Virus record (IMG/VR): IMGVR_UViG_3300012931_000759
Coordinates: 276,393 to 340,392 of that record
Strand: one strand, 5' to 3'
Length of the DNA stretch: 64,000 nt
Shown: positions 19,720-28,813 of the stretch, piece after piece
How the letters are laid out: every line of letters starts with the position of its first letter
How positions within the stretch are numbered: the first letter of the stretch is position 1
Position numbers and translations under genes: made by a program
Notes under the pieces: generated by a model
The model's input: the letters and a program-made list of their open reading frames with translations, nothing else
What the model was told of the DNA's origin: nothing
Databases searched by the model: none

Positions 19720-20294
19720 TGAAGCTACACATGGGATGTGGGACAGTGTACCTCAAGGGGTACATAAATATAGACGGCGCCCCTGACTATCTTTCCGACG
19801 AGTGCCCTACGGAACTTCTGACCCAGAATGCAACTGAGTTCGACCGGTACTATAAACAAGAGTTCTGTACACTTCCAGGGCATGTGGTTGCCGACCTGAA
19901 GCACAACCTGATGGAGCCACTGCCATTCCCCAATGGGTTCGTGGACGAGATCGTAATGTACCAGGTCTTGGAGCATATCCCAGTTTACGAGGTTGGGAAA
20001 CTCGTGGCTGACATCGCGCGTGTGCTCAGGATCGGGGGCGCATTTATCGTGAGCGTTCCGGACATCAAAGAAACCGCGAAGTTGTTGGCGGCTGCCCAAA
20101 CCGAGCAGGAAGAGGATTGGGCTATCAGACTCCTACACGGAACACAGAGAAACCAGTGGTCCCACCATTTCTGCGGATATGTAACTCGCACTCTCAAATC
20201 GCTCCTTGCGCAGCATGGCTTCTCGACCTTTGAGGATATGCCGAGCATCAACTTTTACCCAGTCATACACCTAAAGGCAATCAAGGGGGGATAA
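19716..20294 (+). CDS. Methyltransferase (Methyltransf_11-like)
   Basis: KLHMGCG..YLKGYINID, LPFP, VLEHIP, RVLRIGG..VSVPD. Confidence 0.8.
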   Translation: MMKLHMGCGTVYLKGYINIDGAPDYLSDECPTELLTQNATEFDRYYKQEFCTLPGHVVADLKHNLMEPLPFPNGFVDEIVMYQVLEHIPVYEVGKLVADIARVLRIGGAFIVSVPDIKETAKLLAAAQTEQEEDWAIRLLHGTQRNQWSHHFCGYVTRTLKSLLAQHGFSTFEDMPSINFYPVIHLKAIKGG

Positions 20295-21263
20295 ATGAGA
20301 GTCATGGTAACAGGTGGAACAGGCTTTCTCGGCACGCATGTCGTCGCCGAACTTGAAAATCGTGGACATATAGTTGATGCTTTGCCAACTCCTAGTGAAA
20401 ATTCCGGGTACGACCTTACAAATATGTGCGATGTCGTAGCTGCATTCTCGCTCCCGATACCGCCCGATGCCGTCATCCACCTGGCCGCCAAGTGCGGAGG
20501 CATTGGGGCAAACATGCGTCGGCCGGGGGAGTTCTTTAGGGACAACATCTTAATGGGTGTTAATACAATAGATGTTGCGAAAACCTGTGGCATCAGGAAG
20601 TTCGTGTGCGTGGGTACTATATGCGCTTATCCGGAGCACACACCGGTGCCGTTCAAGGAGACTGATCTTTGGAAAGGATATCCGGAGCCCACAAATGGAG
20701 CATACGGTATCGCCAAGAAGGCACTTATGGTCATGCTACAGTCATACCGGCAGCAGTATGGCTTTAACGGGATCTACCTCCTACCGGTCAATCTCTATGG
20801 GCCTGGAGATCATTTCTCCCTGGAGGACTCGCATGTCATCCCAGCAATGATCCGTAAATTCGACACGGCTAAGGACGAGGGAAGGCCCACCGTCTCCTTG
20901 TGGGGCACTGGCAGTGCCTCCAGGGAATTCCTGTACGTCAAGGACGCAGCTAAAGGGATCGTTGACGCACTGGAACGCTACGATGGGCCGGAGCCGGTAA
21001 ATCTCGGGAATGGGCACGAAATCTCGATCCGTAAACTGGCGGAGAAGATACAGGACACGGTCGGCTACAATGGGATCATCGAGTGGGATATCTCCAAGCC
21101 CGACGGCCAGCCGCGCCGGTGTCTCGACACGAGTCGCGCCAAGGAGCTGTTTGGTTTTGAGGCCAAGACGCCATTCCTGCTCGGGTTGATCGAGACATAC
21201 GAATGGTGGCTGGCCAATAAGGCCGTCATCCTGGCGCAAGAAAATATGTCGCATAAGGAATAA
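20295..21263 (+). CDS. fcl: GDP-L-fucose synthase
   Basis: VTGGTGFLG, HLAAKCGGIGAN, YGIAKK, SHVIPAMIRK, WGTGSASREFL, KPDGQPRR. Confidence 0.95.
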   Translation: MRVMVTGGTGFLGTHVVAELENRGHIVDALPTPSENSGYDLTNMCDVVAAFSLPIPPDAVIHLAAKCGGIGANMRRPGEFFRDNILMGVNTIDVAKTCGIRKFVCVGTICAYPEHTPVPFKETDLWKGYPEPTNGAYGIAKKALMVMLQSYRQQYGFNGIYLLPVNLYGPGDHFSLEDSHVIPAMIRKFDTAKDEGRPTVSLWGTGSASREFLYVKDAAKGIVDALERYDGPEPVNLGNGHEISIRKLAEKIQDTVGYNGIIEWDISKPDGQPRRCLDTSRAKELFGFEAKTPFLLGLIETYEWWLANKAVILAQENMSHKE

Positions 21264-21265
21264 TT

Positions 21266-22258
21266 ATGAAACATACAGCACTCATTACTGGAATAGGTGG
21301 ACAAGATGCTAGTTTTATGGCCGAATTCCTTTTGGAAAAAGGGTATCGCGTCATTGGTTTGATTCGCCGTAACGCCATGCGCAGTCTGGGAAACGCGGCT
21401 CATCTTGAGAACGACATCGACATCGAGGAGGGAGACATCACGGATGCCACCTCGATGATGCGTATCATTCAGCGCTCTAGACCGCATGAGATCTATAATC
21501 TGGCGGCCCAGTCCCATGTAGGGACCAGTTTTGAGCAACCGGTGGCCACGGTGAACATCGACACCCTCGGGGTGGTTAATATCCTTGAGGCGATTAAGAC
21601 CCTCGGGTTCTCAACCCGGATCTTCCAGGCCTCGACAAGCGAGTTGTGGGGTGACTCTCTTCCACCACAGAACGAAGAAACCGTCATGCGTCCGCGCAGT
21701 CCATATGCCATAGCAAAACTTGCGTCGCATTGGTTCATCAGGATGTATCGCGAGGCGTATAGGATGTACTGCTGCGCCGGTATTACCCATAACCATGAAT
21801 CTGAGCGGCGCGGTCCGCTTTTCGTGACCAGGAAGATTTCGCTTGGGGTGGCCAACGTTCTGAAAGATCCATCGTACAGGATCAAACTGGGCAACATTGA
21901 CGCCGCTAGGGACTGGGGCTACGCCCCGGATTTTGTAGAGGGGTTCTGGCTATCTCTACAGCAGCCAAAACCCGACGATTTTGTCTTCGCCACTGGCGAG
22001 ATGCACACAGTTGGGGAGTTTGTAGAGAAAGCCTTCGCTAGGGCTGGAATAGAGGACTGGGGCACGTACGTCGAGGTCGACCGTTTCATGATGCGCCCAT
22101 TGGAGGTTGAGAGCTTGTGCGGGGATCCATCCAAGGCCAAAGCGACACTTGGGTGGGAGCCGAAAGTCAAGTTCGAGCAGCTCGTCAAGATCATGGTTGA
22201 GTACGACTGTAAGCTGCTCGGTGTCGAAGATAAATTGCCGAAAATAGAGGGAAAGTAA
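21266..22258 (+). CDS. gmd: GDP-mannose 4,6-dehydratase
   Basis: ALITGIGGQD, YNLAAQSHV, QASTSE, SPYAIAK, NHESERRG, FVTRKI, RDWGYA. Confidence 0.95.
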   Translation: MKHTALITGIGGQDASFMAEFLLEKGYRVIGLIRRNAMRSLGNAAHLENDIDIEEGDITDATSMMRIIQRSRPHEIYNLAAQSHVGTSFEQPVATVNIDTLGVVNILEAIKTLGFSTRIFQASTSELWGDSLPPQNEETVMRPRSPYAIAKLASHWFIRMYREAYRMYCCAGITHNHESERRGPLFVTRKISLGVANVLKDPSYRIKLGNIDAARDWGYAPDFVEGFWLSLQQPKPDDFVFATGEMHTVGEFVEKAFARAGIEDWGTYVEVDRFMMRPLEVESLCGDPSKAKATLGWEPKVKFEQLVKIMVEYDCKLLGVEDKLPKIEGK

Positions 22259-23055
22259 TGAGCCAACGACACCATTCGACCGTCGGAGTGTATATGCCAG
22301 CGCACAACGTTGTAGCATACATAGGCGACGCCATCAAGAGCATTATCGCCCAAGATTTCAAGGACTGGGAACTTGTGGTGCTGGATGACGCCTCGGATGA
22401 CGGCACTTTCGAGGCGGCCATGAAGGTGGCAAACGACCATTGTTGTGTTCTGCGCAACGACACCCGTTGCGGCCTGATCGGAAAGCTGAAGAACGAGAGC
22501 ATTGACCGCCTTTACAAACCTGAGTTTATCTGTCACGTGGGAGCGGACGATACGATCCCACCCGACTGCCTGTCATCGTTTGTGTCATTTATGCGTGTTA
22601 ATCTAGACCTGGTGGCGGCCTGTGGTACATTCGACTGTTTCGATGACGCAGGGAATAAGTGGATGATGCCGCACGTCCTGGCAGACAAGGGCTTCAGCAG
22701 AGAGAGACTTTTGCGATACATGAATTTCTACCCACAAAGATTTTATAGGAAGGAAGCTGTTGAAATAGTTGGAGGATACTCTAACACCCTGTCGTCAGCG
22801 GTTGACTACGATTTAGCTCTTAGGCTCGACGAAAAGTTCCCGGGCAGACTGGGACGACTTGAGGGAAAAATCACCTATCACTACCGGCAGCACCCCTTAC
22901 AGATTTCGAGGGCAGCTAGGTTGGAGCAAGATCTGAATGCCAAGGTAGCGCTCCAAACGGCTCTTGATCGTCGCAAAACCGGACAGGAGGTAGTGAACGA
23001 CAAGCCGCCTTTCCAGCTTAGGGAGCAAGAGGGGCACTTCATATGGGGAAAGTGA
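22258..23055 (+). CDS. GT2 glycosyltransferase
   Basis: MPAHN..YI..AI.SI..Q, LDDASDDGT, GADD, AVDYDL. Confidence 0.88.
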   Translation: MSQRHHSTVGVYMPAHNVVAYIGDAIKSIIAQDFKDWELVVLDDASDDGTFEAAMKVANDHCCVLRNDTRCGLIGKLKNESIDRLYKPEFICHVGADDTIPPDCLSSFVSFMRVNLDLVAACGTFDCFDDAGNKWMMPHVLADKGFSRERLLRYMNFYPQRFYRKEAVEIVGGYSNTLSSAVDYDLALRLDEKFPGRLGRLEGKITYHYRQHPLQISRAARLEQDLNAKVALQTALDRRKTGQEVVNDKPPFQLREQEGHFIWGK

Positions 23056-23951
23056 TGAGGAAAATCCTTGTTTGCGGTTCAGCTGGATTTCTGATGTCGA
23101 ACATGATGCGGTACATGTTATATCGCACAAAGGATTACGAGTTCGCCAGCATCGACCCATTGCGGAACAAGGAGGACCAGCGCAATATCTACATGCACAA
23201 GAGGCATTCATTCCATGTGGGTGATGTCGGCAATCCCGAACTTCTGGATAGGGTAGTACGCATCGAGAATCCGGACATTGTGGTTATAGGTACCGGAACG
23301 CCGCAACCTATTTACTCTAATGGTGCGGCTGTCGAGGATATTGTTCTCCCGACAGCCTCTGTATGCGACCTTTCCAAGATCTACGGCTTCCGTGTTGTGC
23401 GGCTAGTACCAGATGTGGATATTACAGATATGGGTAGCAGATCCCTGTGGAATCATGTCGAGACCATGGTGTTTGATGTGAGGGGCACAGTTTTACGTAT
23501 GCCAGTATGTTTTGGAAGGAGGGGTCGTGGCTTGTTCGAACAGGCGTTGTGTACAATCCTCTCAGGGCATGCTTGTTCAGGATGGAAACTAGATACTAGG
23601 AAAAGATGGTACGCCTATGCAGAGGATGTGGCTTCTATGCTCTGGTTTATTATGGAGAATCCAACTGTGCGCATTCCTGGACCACCTCCGATCCCAAACA
23701 TAGTCAGGATGCCAGCCCTTGGATGCGCCAATACAGCGGATATGATTGCTATGGCGCATCCTGTGTTGGGGTGGGGACAACCCTTTACATATAATATATA
23801 TATGGGAAAGGAAGAGCCAATATTACCAGGCTGGATGCCAGACTCTAAAGATCTTATTGATGCTGTTTTAAAAACAGCAAAATGGTATACAATGAATAAG
23901 TGGATTTTTGATACAGAAGGCTACATATCCCCTCTATCCGGAGGACGTTAA
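23055..23951 (+). CDS. Divergent RmlB-like NAD-dependent epimerase/dehydratase, possibly non-catalytic
   Basis: ILVCGSAGF Rossmann start, R.WYAYAEDVA, KTAKWY..N; no recognisable STDE or YxxxK. Confidence 0.55.
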   Translation: MRKILVCGSAGFLMSNMMRYMLYRTKDYEFASIDPLRNKEDQRNIYMHKRHSFHVGDVGNPELLDRVVRIENPDIVVIGTGTPQPIYSNGAAVEDIVLPTASVCDLSKIYGFRVVRLVPDVDITDMGSRSLWNHVETMVFDVRGTVLRMPVCFGRRGRGLFEQALCTILSGHACSGWKLDTRKRWYAYAEDVASMLWFIMENPTVRIPGPPPIPNIVRMPALGCANTADMIAMAHPVLGWGQPFTYNIYMGKEEPILPGWMPDSKDLIDAVLKTAKWYTMNKWIFDTEGYISPLSGGR

Positions 23952-23988
23952 AGAAATATCCGCGTGCGCGAGCACTGTCAAGCGGAAA

Positions 23989-25398
23989 ATGGAGAATACC
24001 AAGATGACCGAGGAAAAAACGAATCACGTCGTTGTGGAGGAAAGCACACGACCCGGCGCCCAGGCCGATGATGAATTGGAGCGCCACCTTGCGGAGCCCC
24101 CGCTGGATCCGGCAGTCCTGGAGCGTCTTCGCGCCAAGCAAAACACAGCAAAGGAGGCTACTGTACCGGCACCTGTGGTGCCGACGAAAACGGACCGTAG
24201 CCTGAACTTTGGAGTCGTCGGCCTAGGACAGGCCGGCTCCAGGATTGCTGAGGCTTTCCATGATCTCGGATACGATGCCTGCGTTATCAACACAGCAACG
24301 CAGGACCTGGAATTCATCGGTATGCCCGAGAACAGGAAACTATTTCTGCCCTTCGCTCTTGGAGGTGCGGGTAAGGAACTCGACAACGGGCGGCAGGCCG
24401 TCGAGCAGAATGCCGAGGCTATCATGACCAAACTACACGCGATGTTTGGTGACAAGAATCAGATGATGCTGCTTGCCGTCAGTGGCGGCGGCGGCACTGG
24501 GAGCGGCGGTGCTGAGGCCATCATTGGGCTCATGAGTACGCTTGGTAAACCAGTTGGTGTGATCTACGTTCTACCCATGGACACCGAAGATTCACTAACA
24601 AAGCATAATGCCGTCACGACATTGGGTAGGCTGGCCAAAATGACTAGCGCCGACACAATCTCTACTTTGATCGTGGTCGACAATGCGAAGATCGAACTAC
24701 TGTACCCAGGATTGAGCAAGGCGGCCTTCTGGCCAGCAGCTAATCGGGCGATCGTTGAGCCACTTCATCTGTTCAACAGTCTGTCGGCTATGGCTACGCC
24801 GTACGATAGTCTAGATTCGATGGACTTCGGACGTATCTTCACGGCTGGCGACTGTCTGATCTACGGGATGATGGAGGTTCCAAACTACAGGGAGACAACC
24901 GCCATCGCCGAGGCTGTCATGAGCCAACTTGAAGGAAGTCTCTTGGCGGGGGATTTCAATTTGAAAGAGGCTAGATTCGGCGGACTTCTTGTAGTAGGAA
25001 GCCCGCAGTCAATGGCAAGTTTGCCAGCGGAAAACATCCATTACGCGGCCCATATGGTGAGTGAGGCCTGCGATTATGCGCAACTGACTCGTGGAGTGTA
25101 TGAAATCCCAGACATTGGGGATGATGTTGTGCGCGTCTACACAATGTTTAGTGGTCTCGGACTTCCGGCGGCCAGGATCGACATCCTCAAGCAGGAGGCT
25201 GAGGACCAAATGCGGCAGATCCACGAGAAGGAGAAGACACGCGCCTCGCGGATGGAGGTTGATTACGGGGCTGGGGGCGGAACTGTTGCGAAGGCTCAGG
25301 AAATCCGCCGACTTATACAGAAGGACAAGAGTAGTTTCGGCAAGCTGACATCGAACGCCAACAGGCGTCCCGACATCATTGATCGCCGGAGGCGCTAA
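23989..25398 (+). CDS. Tubulin/FtsZ-family GTPase (PhuZ/TubZ-like by context); alternative start at 24004
   Basis: GVVGLGQAGSRIA, INTA.QDL, GGAGK, tubulin signature SGGGGTGSG, VVDN, LDSMDF. Confidence 0.88.
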   Translation: MENTKMTEEKTNHVVVEESTRPGAQADDELERHLAEPPLDPAVLERLRAKQNTAKEATVPAPVVPTKTDRSLNFGVVGLGQAGSRIAEAFHDLGYDACVINTATQDLEFIGMPENRKLFLPFALGGAGKELDNGRQAVEQNAEAIMTKLHAMFGDKNQMMLLAVSGGGGTGSGGAEAIIGLMSTLGKPVGVIYVLPMDTEDSLTKHNAVTTLGRLAKMTSADTISTLIVVDNAKIELLYPGLSKAAFWPAANRAIVEPLHLFNSLSAMATPYDSLDSMDFGRIFTAGDCLIYGMMEVPNYRETTAIAEAVMSQLEGSLLAGDFNLKEARFGGLLVVGSPQSMASLPAENIHYAAHMVSEACDYAQLTRGVYEIPDIGDDVVRVYTMFSGLGLPAARIDILKQEAEDQMRQIHEKEKTRASRMEVDYGAGGGTVAKAQEIRRLIQKDKSSFGKLTSNANRRPDIIDRRRR

Positions 25399-25410
25399 GC
25401 AGGAGTTCCT

Positions 25411-26949
25411 GTGCCGGTTCGGATCATCATCAATAATATTTGGTCGCGTATTAGCGGTTTGTCCGAGGCTGGCATAGGGCTCGTCGACGATCTTGACCTA
25501 CAGCTGAGTTTCCATATTGAAGGCTATCAGTATATGCGGGCTTTCAAGCAGGGTTGGTATGACAAGGAGAGCGGCCAATGGCGACACTGGGATGGTCGCA
25601 GACATCTGCTCAACCAGAAGATGGTGTTCCCCACCGGGCTTCTGACTAGGGTCACGGCGTTCCTCGATCGGCGTAAGGTCGCGTACGAGTTGAGCGACCA
25701 GCGCGCGCCCGTCGTGGGTGGTGGGCGTTTCGATGTGGCCGGGCGCACCCCTTGGCCGCACCAGAAGGCCGCAGTCGAAGCGGCGCTGAAGGCCGAGCGT
25801 GGAATTATCCGCATTGGGACAGGTGGTGGTAAAACATACATGGCGGCAATGATGATTGCCGAGTACAATATACCGACGATGATATACGTCGTCGGTAAAG
25901 ACCTACTCCACCAGTTTCACCGCGAGATGAGCAAGGCCCTTGGACGCAATAGTGTCGGTATCGTGGGAGATGGATACTGCGATGTGCGCAGATTTACTGT
26001 GTGTTCTGTATGGACTGCCGCCACAGCATTTGGACTGAAGTCTCATGTTTCATTGGATGACGAGGACTGGGCACCAGATATTGTGTCCATAGGCCCCAAA
26101 AGCAAGCGGGCCATTCAGAGTGCTGTGGAGAACGCCAACCTGGCCATTTTCGACGAGGCGCATTTTCTGGCGTGCGAAACAATCCAGGAGATCTTCAAGG
26201 CAAGCAAATGTTGTCGGTACATGTTTGGCATGACCGGCACGGATTGGAGGGATGATGGGGCAGATCTACTCCTAGAGGCCTCGTGCGGCGGGCGCATCTT
26301 CAATATGCCTGCGTCTAAACTTATAGAAATGGGGTACTTGGTCACGCCCAAGATAGCGCTGGTGGAGATGCCGCCGCTCGATGAGCCCTGCCCGAACAGC
26401 TGGAGCGCGGTGTACAGCCGCTACGTGACGCACAACGAAGTCCGGAACCAGGCGATTATTGATGGGGCGCGAAGGCTCATCAACATGGGAAGAAAGGTTC
26501 TGATCCTCGTGCGTTATCTTCCACATGGCCAAAAACTTGTCGACATGCTACAGGATTTGCCCGTATTCTTCGTCAATGGGAGATTGGACGGCGAAACCCG
26601 GCAGGCGGTCAAGGAGCGGTTCGAAAGGGGTGAACTGCGCTGCCTAGTGGCGTCGTCGGTTTTCGACATCGGCGTCGACATTCCGAGCCTAGACGCGCTA
26701 GTACTGGCCGGGGCGGGAAAGTCGACAGTACGCGTCCTACAGCGCATTGGCCGCGTTATACGGGCGGCGGAAGGCAAGAAGGACGCCATTGTGATGGACT
26801 TTATCGACAATGCCAAATATCTCGATAAGCACTCCGCAATCCGTATCGCCGTCTACGAGGCAGAGCCAGGGTTCAGGCTCAAGTTTCCGAAGGGGTTTGA
26901 CCACGACTCGCTCAAACGGATCAAAAAGCTCAAGGCGAAAATCGGCTGA
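25411..26949 (+). CDS. Superfamily 2 DNA helicase (UvsW/XPB-like)
   Basis: GTGGGKT, DEAH, GMTGT, GVDIP, QRIGRVIR, MDFID. Confidence 0.9.
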   Translation: MPVRIIINNIWSRISGLSEAGIGLVDDLDLQLSFHIEGYQYMRAFKQGWYDKESGQWRHWDGRRHLLNQKMVFPTGLLTRVTAFLDRRKVAYELSDQRAPVVGGGRFDVAGRTPWPHQKAAVEAALKAERGIIRIGTGGGKTYMAAMMIAEYNIPTMIYVVGKDLLHQFHREMSKALGRNSVGIVGDGYCDVRRFTVCSVWTAATAFGLKSHVSLDDEDWAPDIVSIGPKSKRAIQSAVENANLAIFDEAHFLACETIQEIFKASKCCRYMFGMTGTDWRDDGADLLLEASCGGRIFNMPASKLIEMGYLVTPKIALVEMPPLDEPCPNSWSAVYSRYVTHNEVRNQAIIDGARRLINMGRKVLILVRYLPHGQKLVDMLQDLPVFFVNGRLDGETRQAVKERFERGELRCLVASSVFDIGVDIPSLDALVLAGAGKSTVRVLQRIGRVIRAAEGKKDAIVMDFIDNAKYLDKHSAIRIAVYEAEPGFRLKFPKGFDHDSLKRIKKLKAKIG

Positions 26950-27631
26950 GTGTACGTGCGGCGCACGCAAGCAGGTGTCGTATGCCGGAGACGGGGTTGA
27001 ATACCCTGTTTTCTTTTGTCCGTCGTGCGGCCCGGACAAGCGCAACGAGTGGGAGCTTTGGTGGAGTGAGTACAGACTCCTGTGGCAGGATAACAGTAAA
27101 TGGGAAGAACCCAAACATCGCCTTCCGTGTCTGCTTGGGTTCTTCTGCGCAAAATACGCGGATCTGTACGGAAATCCGTTCCGCTTTACCTACGCTAGTC
27201 CAAATCCATACACAAGCAAGGATTTCATCATGGGCCGCCGCCTGCTCGCTATGTTCGATGGCGACGCCAAGGCGGCCAGGACCTATCTCAAGTGGGTTTT
27301 TGCGTTCAAGATCCGGAATACAAACTATGTGGTGAGCAGCCTTGGCTTCTTCGTGTCACAGAAATTTGTGGCTGAGTATATGCACGCCAAGGCGCGGTCG
27401 CGGGTGCTGCGGAGATCGAGCCCGCTTCCGACGGATTTCGTGGAGTGGTGCCTGGCCAACGAGCCGGAAATATTCGACCGCCAGGAGTTGGAGACATGGA
27501 ATGACCTGAACGGCCTGGTAACGCACGTAAAGCACTACGGGAAGGATGACACCGAAAGCAGGGTGGTAACTGAGGCGGTCCGCAGGGGAATGCTGCCGCG
27601 CGGTCCAGATTATGTTAGGCTGGAGGACTGA
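26810..27631 (+). CDS. Hypothetical protein with N-terminal CxC...CxxC; start uncertain
   Basis: Fills 26950-27631; CTC...CPSC; the only upstream ATG overlaps the helicase by 140 nt. Confidence 0.55.
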   Translation: MPNISISTPQSVSPSTRQSQGSGSSFRRGLTTTRSNGSKSSRRKSAECTCGARKQVSYAGDGVEYPVFFCPSCGPDKRNEWELWWSEYRLLWQDNSKWEEPKHRLPCLLGFFCAKYADLYGNPFRFTYASPNPYTSKDFIMGRRLLAMFDGDAKAARTYLKWVFAFKIRNTNYVVSSLGFFVSQKFVAEYMHAKARSRVLRRSSPLPTDFVEWCLANEPEIFDRQELETWNDLNGLVTHVKHYGKDDTESRVVTEAVRRGMLPRGPDYVRLED

Positions 27632-27635
27632 GAAG

Positions 27636-28136
27636 ATGGACATGATCGAAACGATGCGGCGAAGTGAAGCCGTGGAGATTTCGTTGAGGAACGGCCATGT
27701 GGTGTATGGGCGTTTCCTTGGGGTTTCGGGCAAGAATCTCATCTTGTGTGATCCGGACGGGGCGGTATTATTTGTGCCGTTTGCCGAGGAGAACGTGGCC
27801 TATATTAAGGTAGTTTCGGCCGATCCCGAGATCAGCCGGATGCTCGACCGTCTGTACGGAGACCGCCCATCCCACCAGCCGGTCGAGCCGCCAGAGGCCC
27901 AACCTGGTCGGCGGCTCCAGGATGAGCTGTCGCTGCGCCGTGTAGATCCGCCCGATCCTGAGCCGGGGAGAGTTGACGTACAGCCGGTCATCCTTGGCGG
28001 ACTGCCTGCCAACCGGCACGCCGCGATCGAAGAGGTCAAGGAGAGGCATCGCCACTCCAATACATTCGGGTCGAGTCAGACTGCGCCCAGGCCCGCATAT
28101 AGGCCGCGCATCCAGAGGGAAGACAAGGAAGAATGA
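27636..28136 (+). CDS. Hypothetical protein (Sm/Hfq-like N-terminal beta region possible)
   Basis: GGAGG RBS at 27622; VEISLRNGHVVYGRFLG; ATGA overlap downstream. Confidence 0.6.
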   Translation: MDMIETMRRSEAVEISLRNGHVVYGRFLGVSGKNLILCDPDGAVLFVPFAEENVAYIKVVSADPEISRMLDRLYGDRPSHQPVEPPEAQPGRRLQDELSLRRVDPPDPEPGRVDVQPVILGGLPANRHAAIEEVKERHRHSNTFGSSQTAPRPAYRPRIQREDKEE

Positions 28137-28813
28137 TTTCACAACGCAAGACTGAGGCCGAGAAGGCCCGCATAGTGGCGAACTGCGGCAGGTGTGGAGG
28201 GGTCGGCTGCGCGTACTGTCAGAAGTACTGTTCCTTCATAGACCGTATGTCCGAGGCGGGGATCCCGGTTGATTACTGGTTCCGCGACATGGAAAAATGG
28301 TACGGCGACCCCGATTTCGCAGAAGAATTCAAGGTTTCCTACCTATCCAGGATAGAGGCGGCCTACGCAGATGGTCGGGTTCTCTGCCTCCTTGGGCATA
28401 GGGGCGTCGGCAAGACTATGGCGGCGTGCTCGGCACTAAAGAAGGCTATCCTCTCCGGGTATTCGGCGCATTACACGTCGCTTGTCGACGCCGTTGATTT
28501 CCTCGTCTCCGGAGACGCCCACGACTACCGGCAGCTCCTGAAGTCTGTAGATTTCCTGGTGATGGACGAGGTTGACCAGCGGTTCTTTGACCACGTCAAC
28601 AGCCGCGCGCTGTATGGGAACCAGTTCGAGTATATTCTTAGGACCAGGACGCAGAACCGGCTTCCGATGATTATGTGCTCGAACTCTGAACGGGTTGAGG
28701 ACATCTTTTTCAACGACCAGGCGCAGGCGTCTTTTGTGTCCCTTGGGACACAGTTCTTCGCAACAATGCGCGTGGGTGGCCGGGATGCCAGACCCAAGGA
28801 GGGTGGGCAATGA
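28133..28813 (+). CDS. DnaC/IstB-like AAA+ ATPase (helicase loader) with Zn motif
   Basis: CGRCGGVGCAYC, Walker A GHRGVGKT, Walker B LVMDE, R.R...LP.I.CSN. Confidence 0.82.
   Translation: MISQRKTEAEKARIVANCGRCGGVGCAYCQKYCSFIDRMSEAGIPVDYWFRDMEKWYGDPDFAEEFKVSYLSRIEAAYADGRVLCLLGHRGVGKTMAACSALKKAILSGYSAHYTSLVDAVDFLVSGDAHDYRQLLKSVDFLVMDEVDQRFFDHVNSRALYGNQFEYILRTRTQNRLPMIMCSNSERVEDIFFNDQAQASFVSLGTQFFATMRVGGRDARPKEGGQ

Noticed and set aside
13-23951. Ordinary bacterial O-antigen or capsule locus
   Set aside because: No export, polymerase or initiating transferase genes, and homing endonucleases are interspersed; not fully excluded because the cluster may extend upstream of the window.
26920-26930. 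C-AAA-AAG as a -1 frameshift site at the helicase end
   Set aside because: The downstream ORF is in the +1 frame, not -1.
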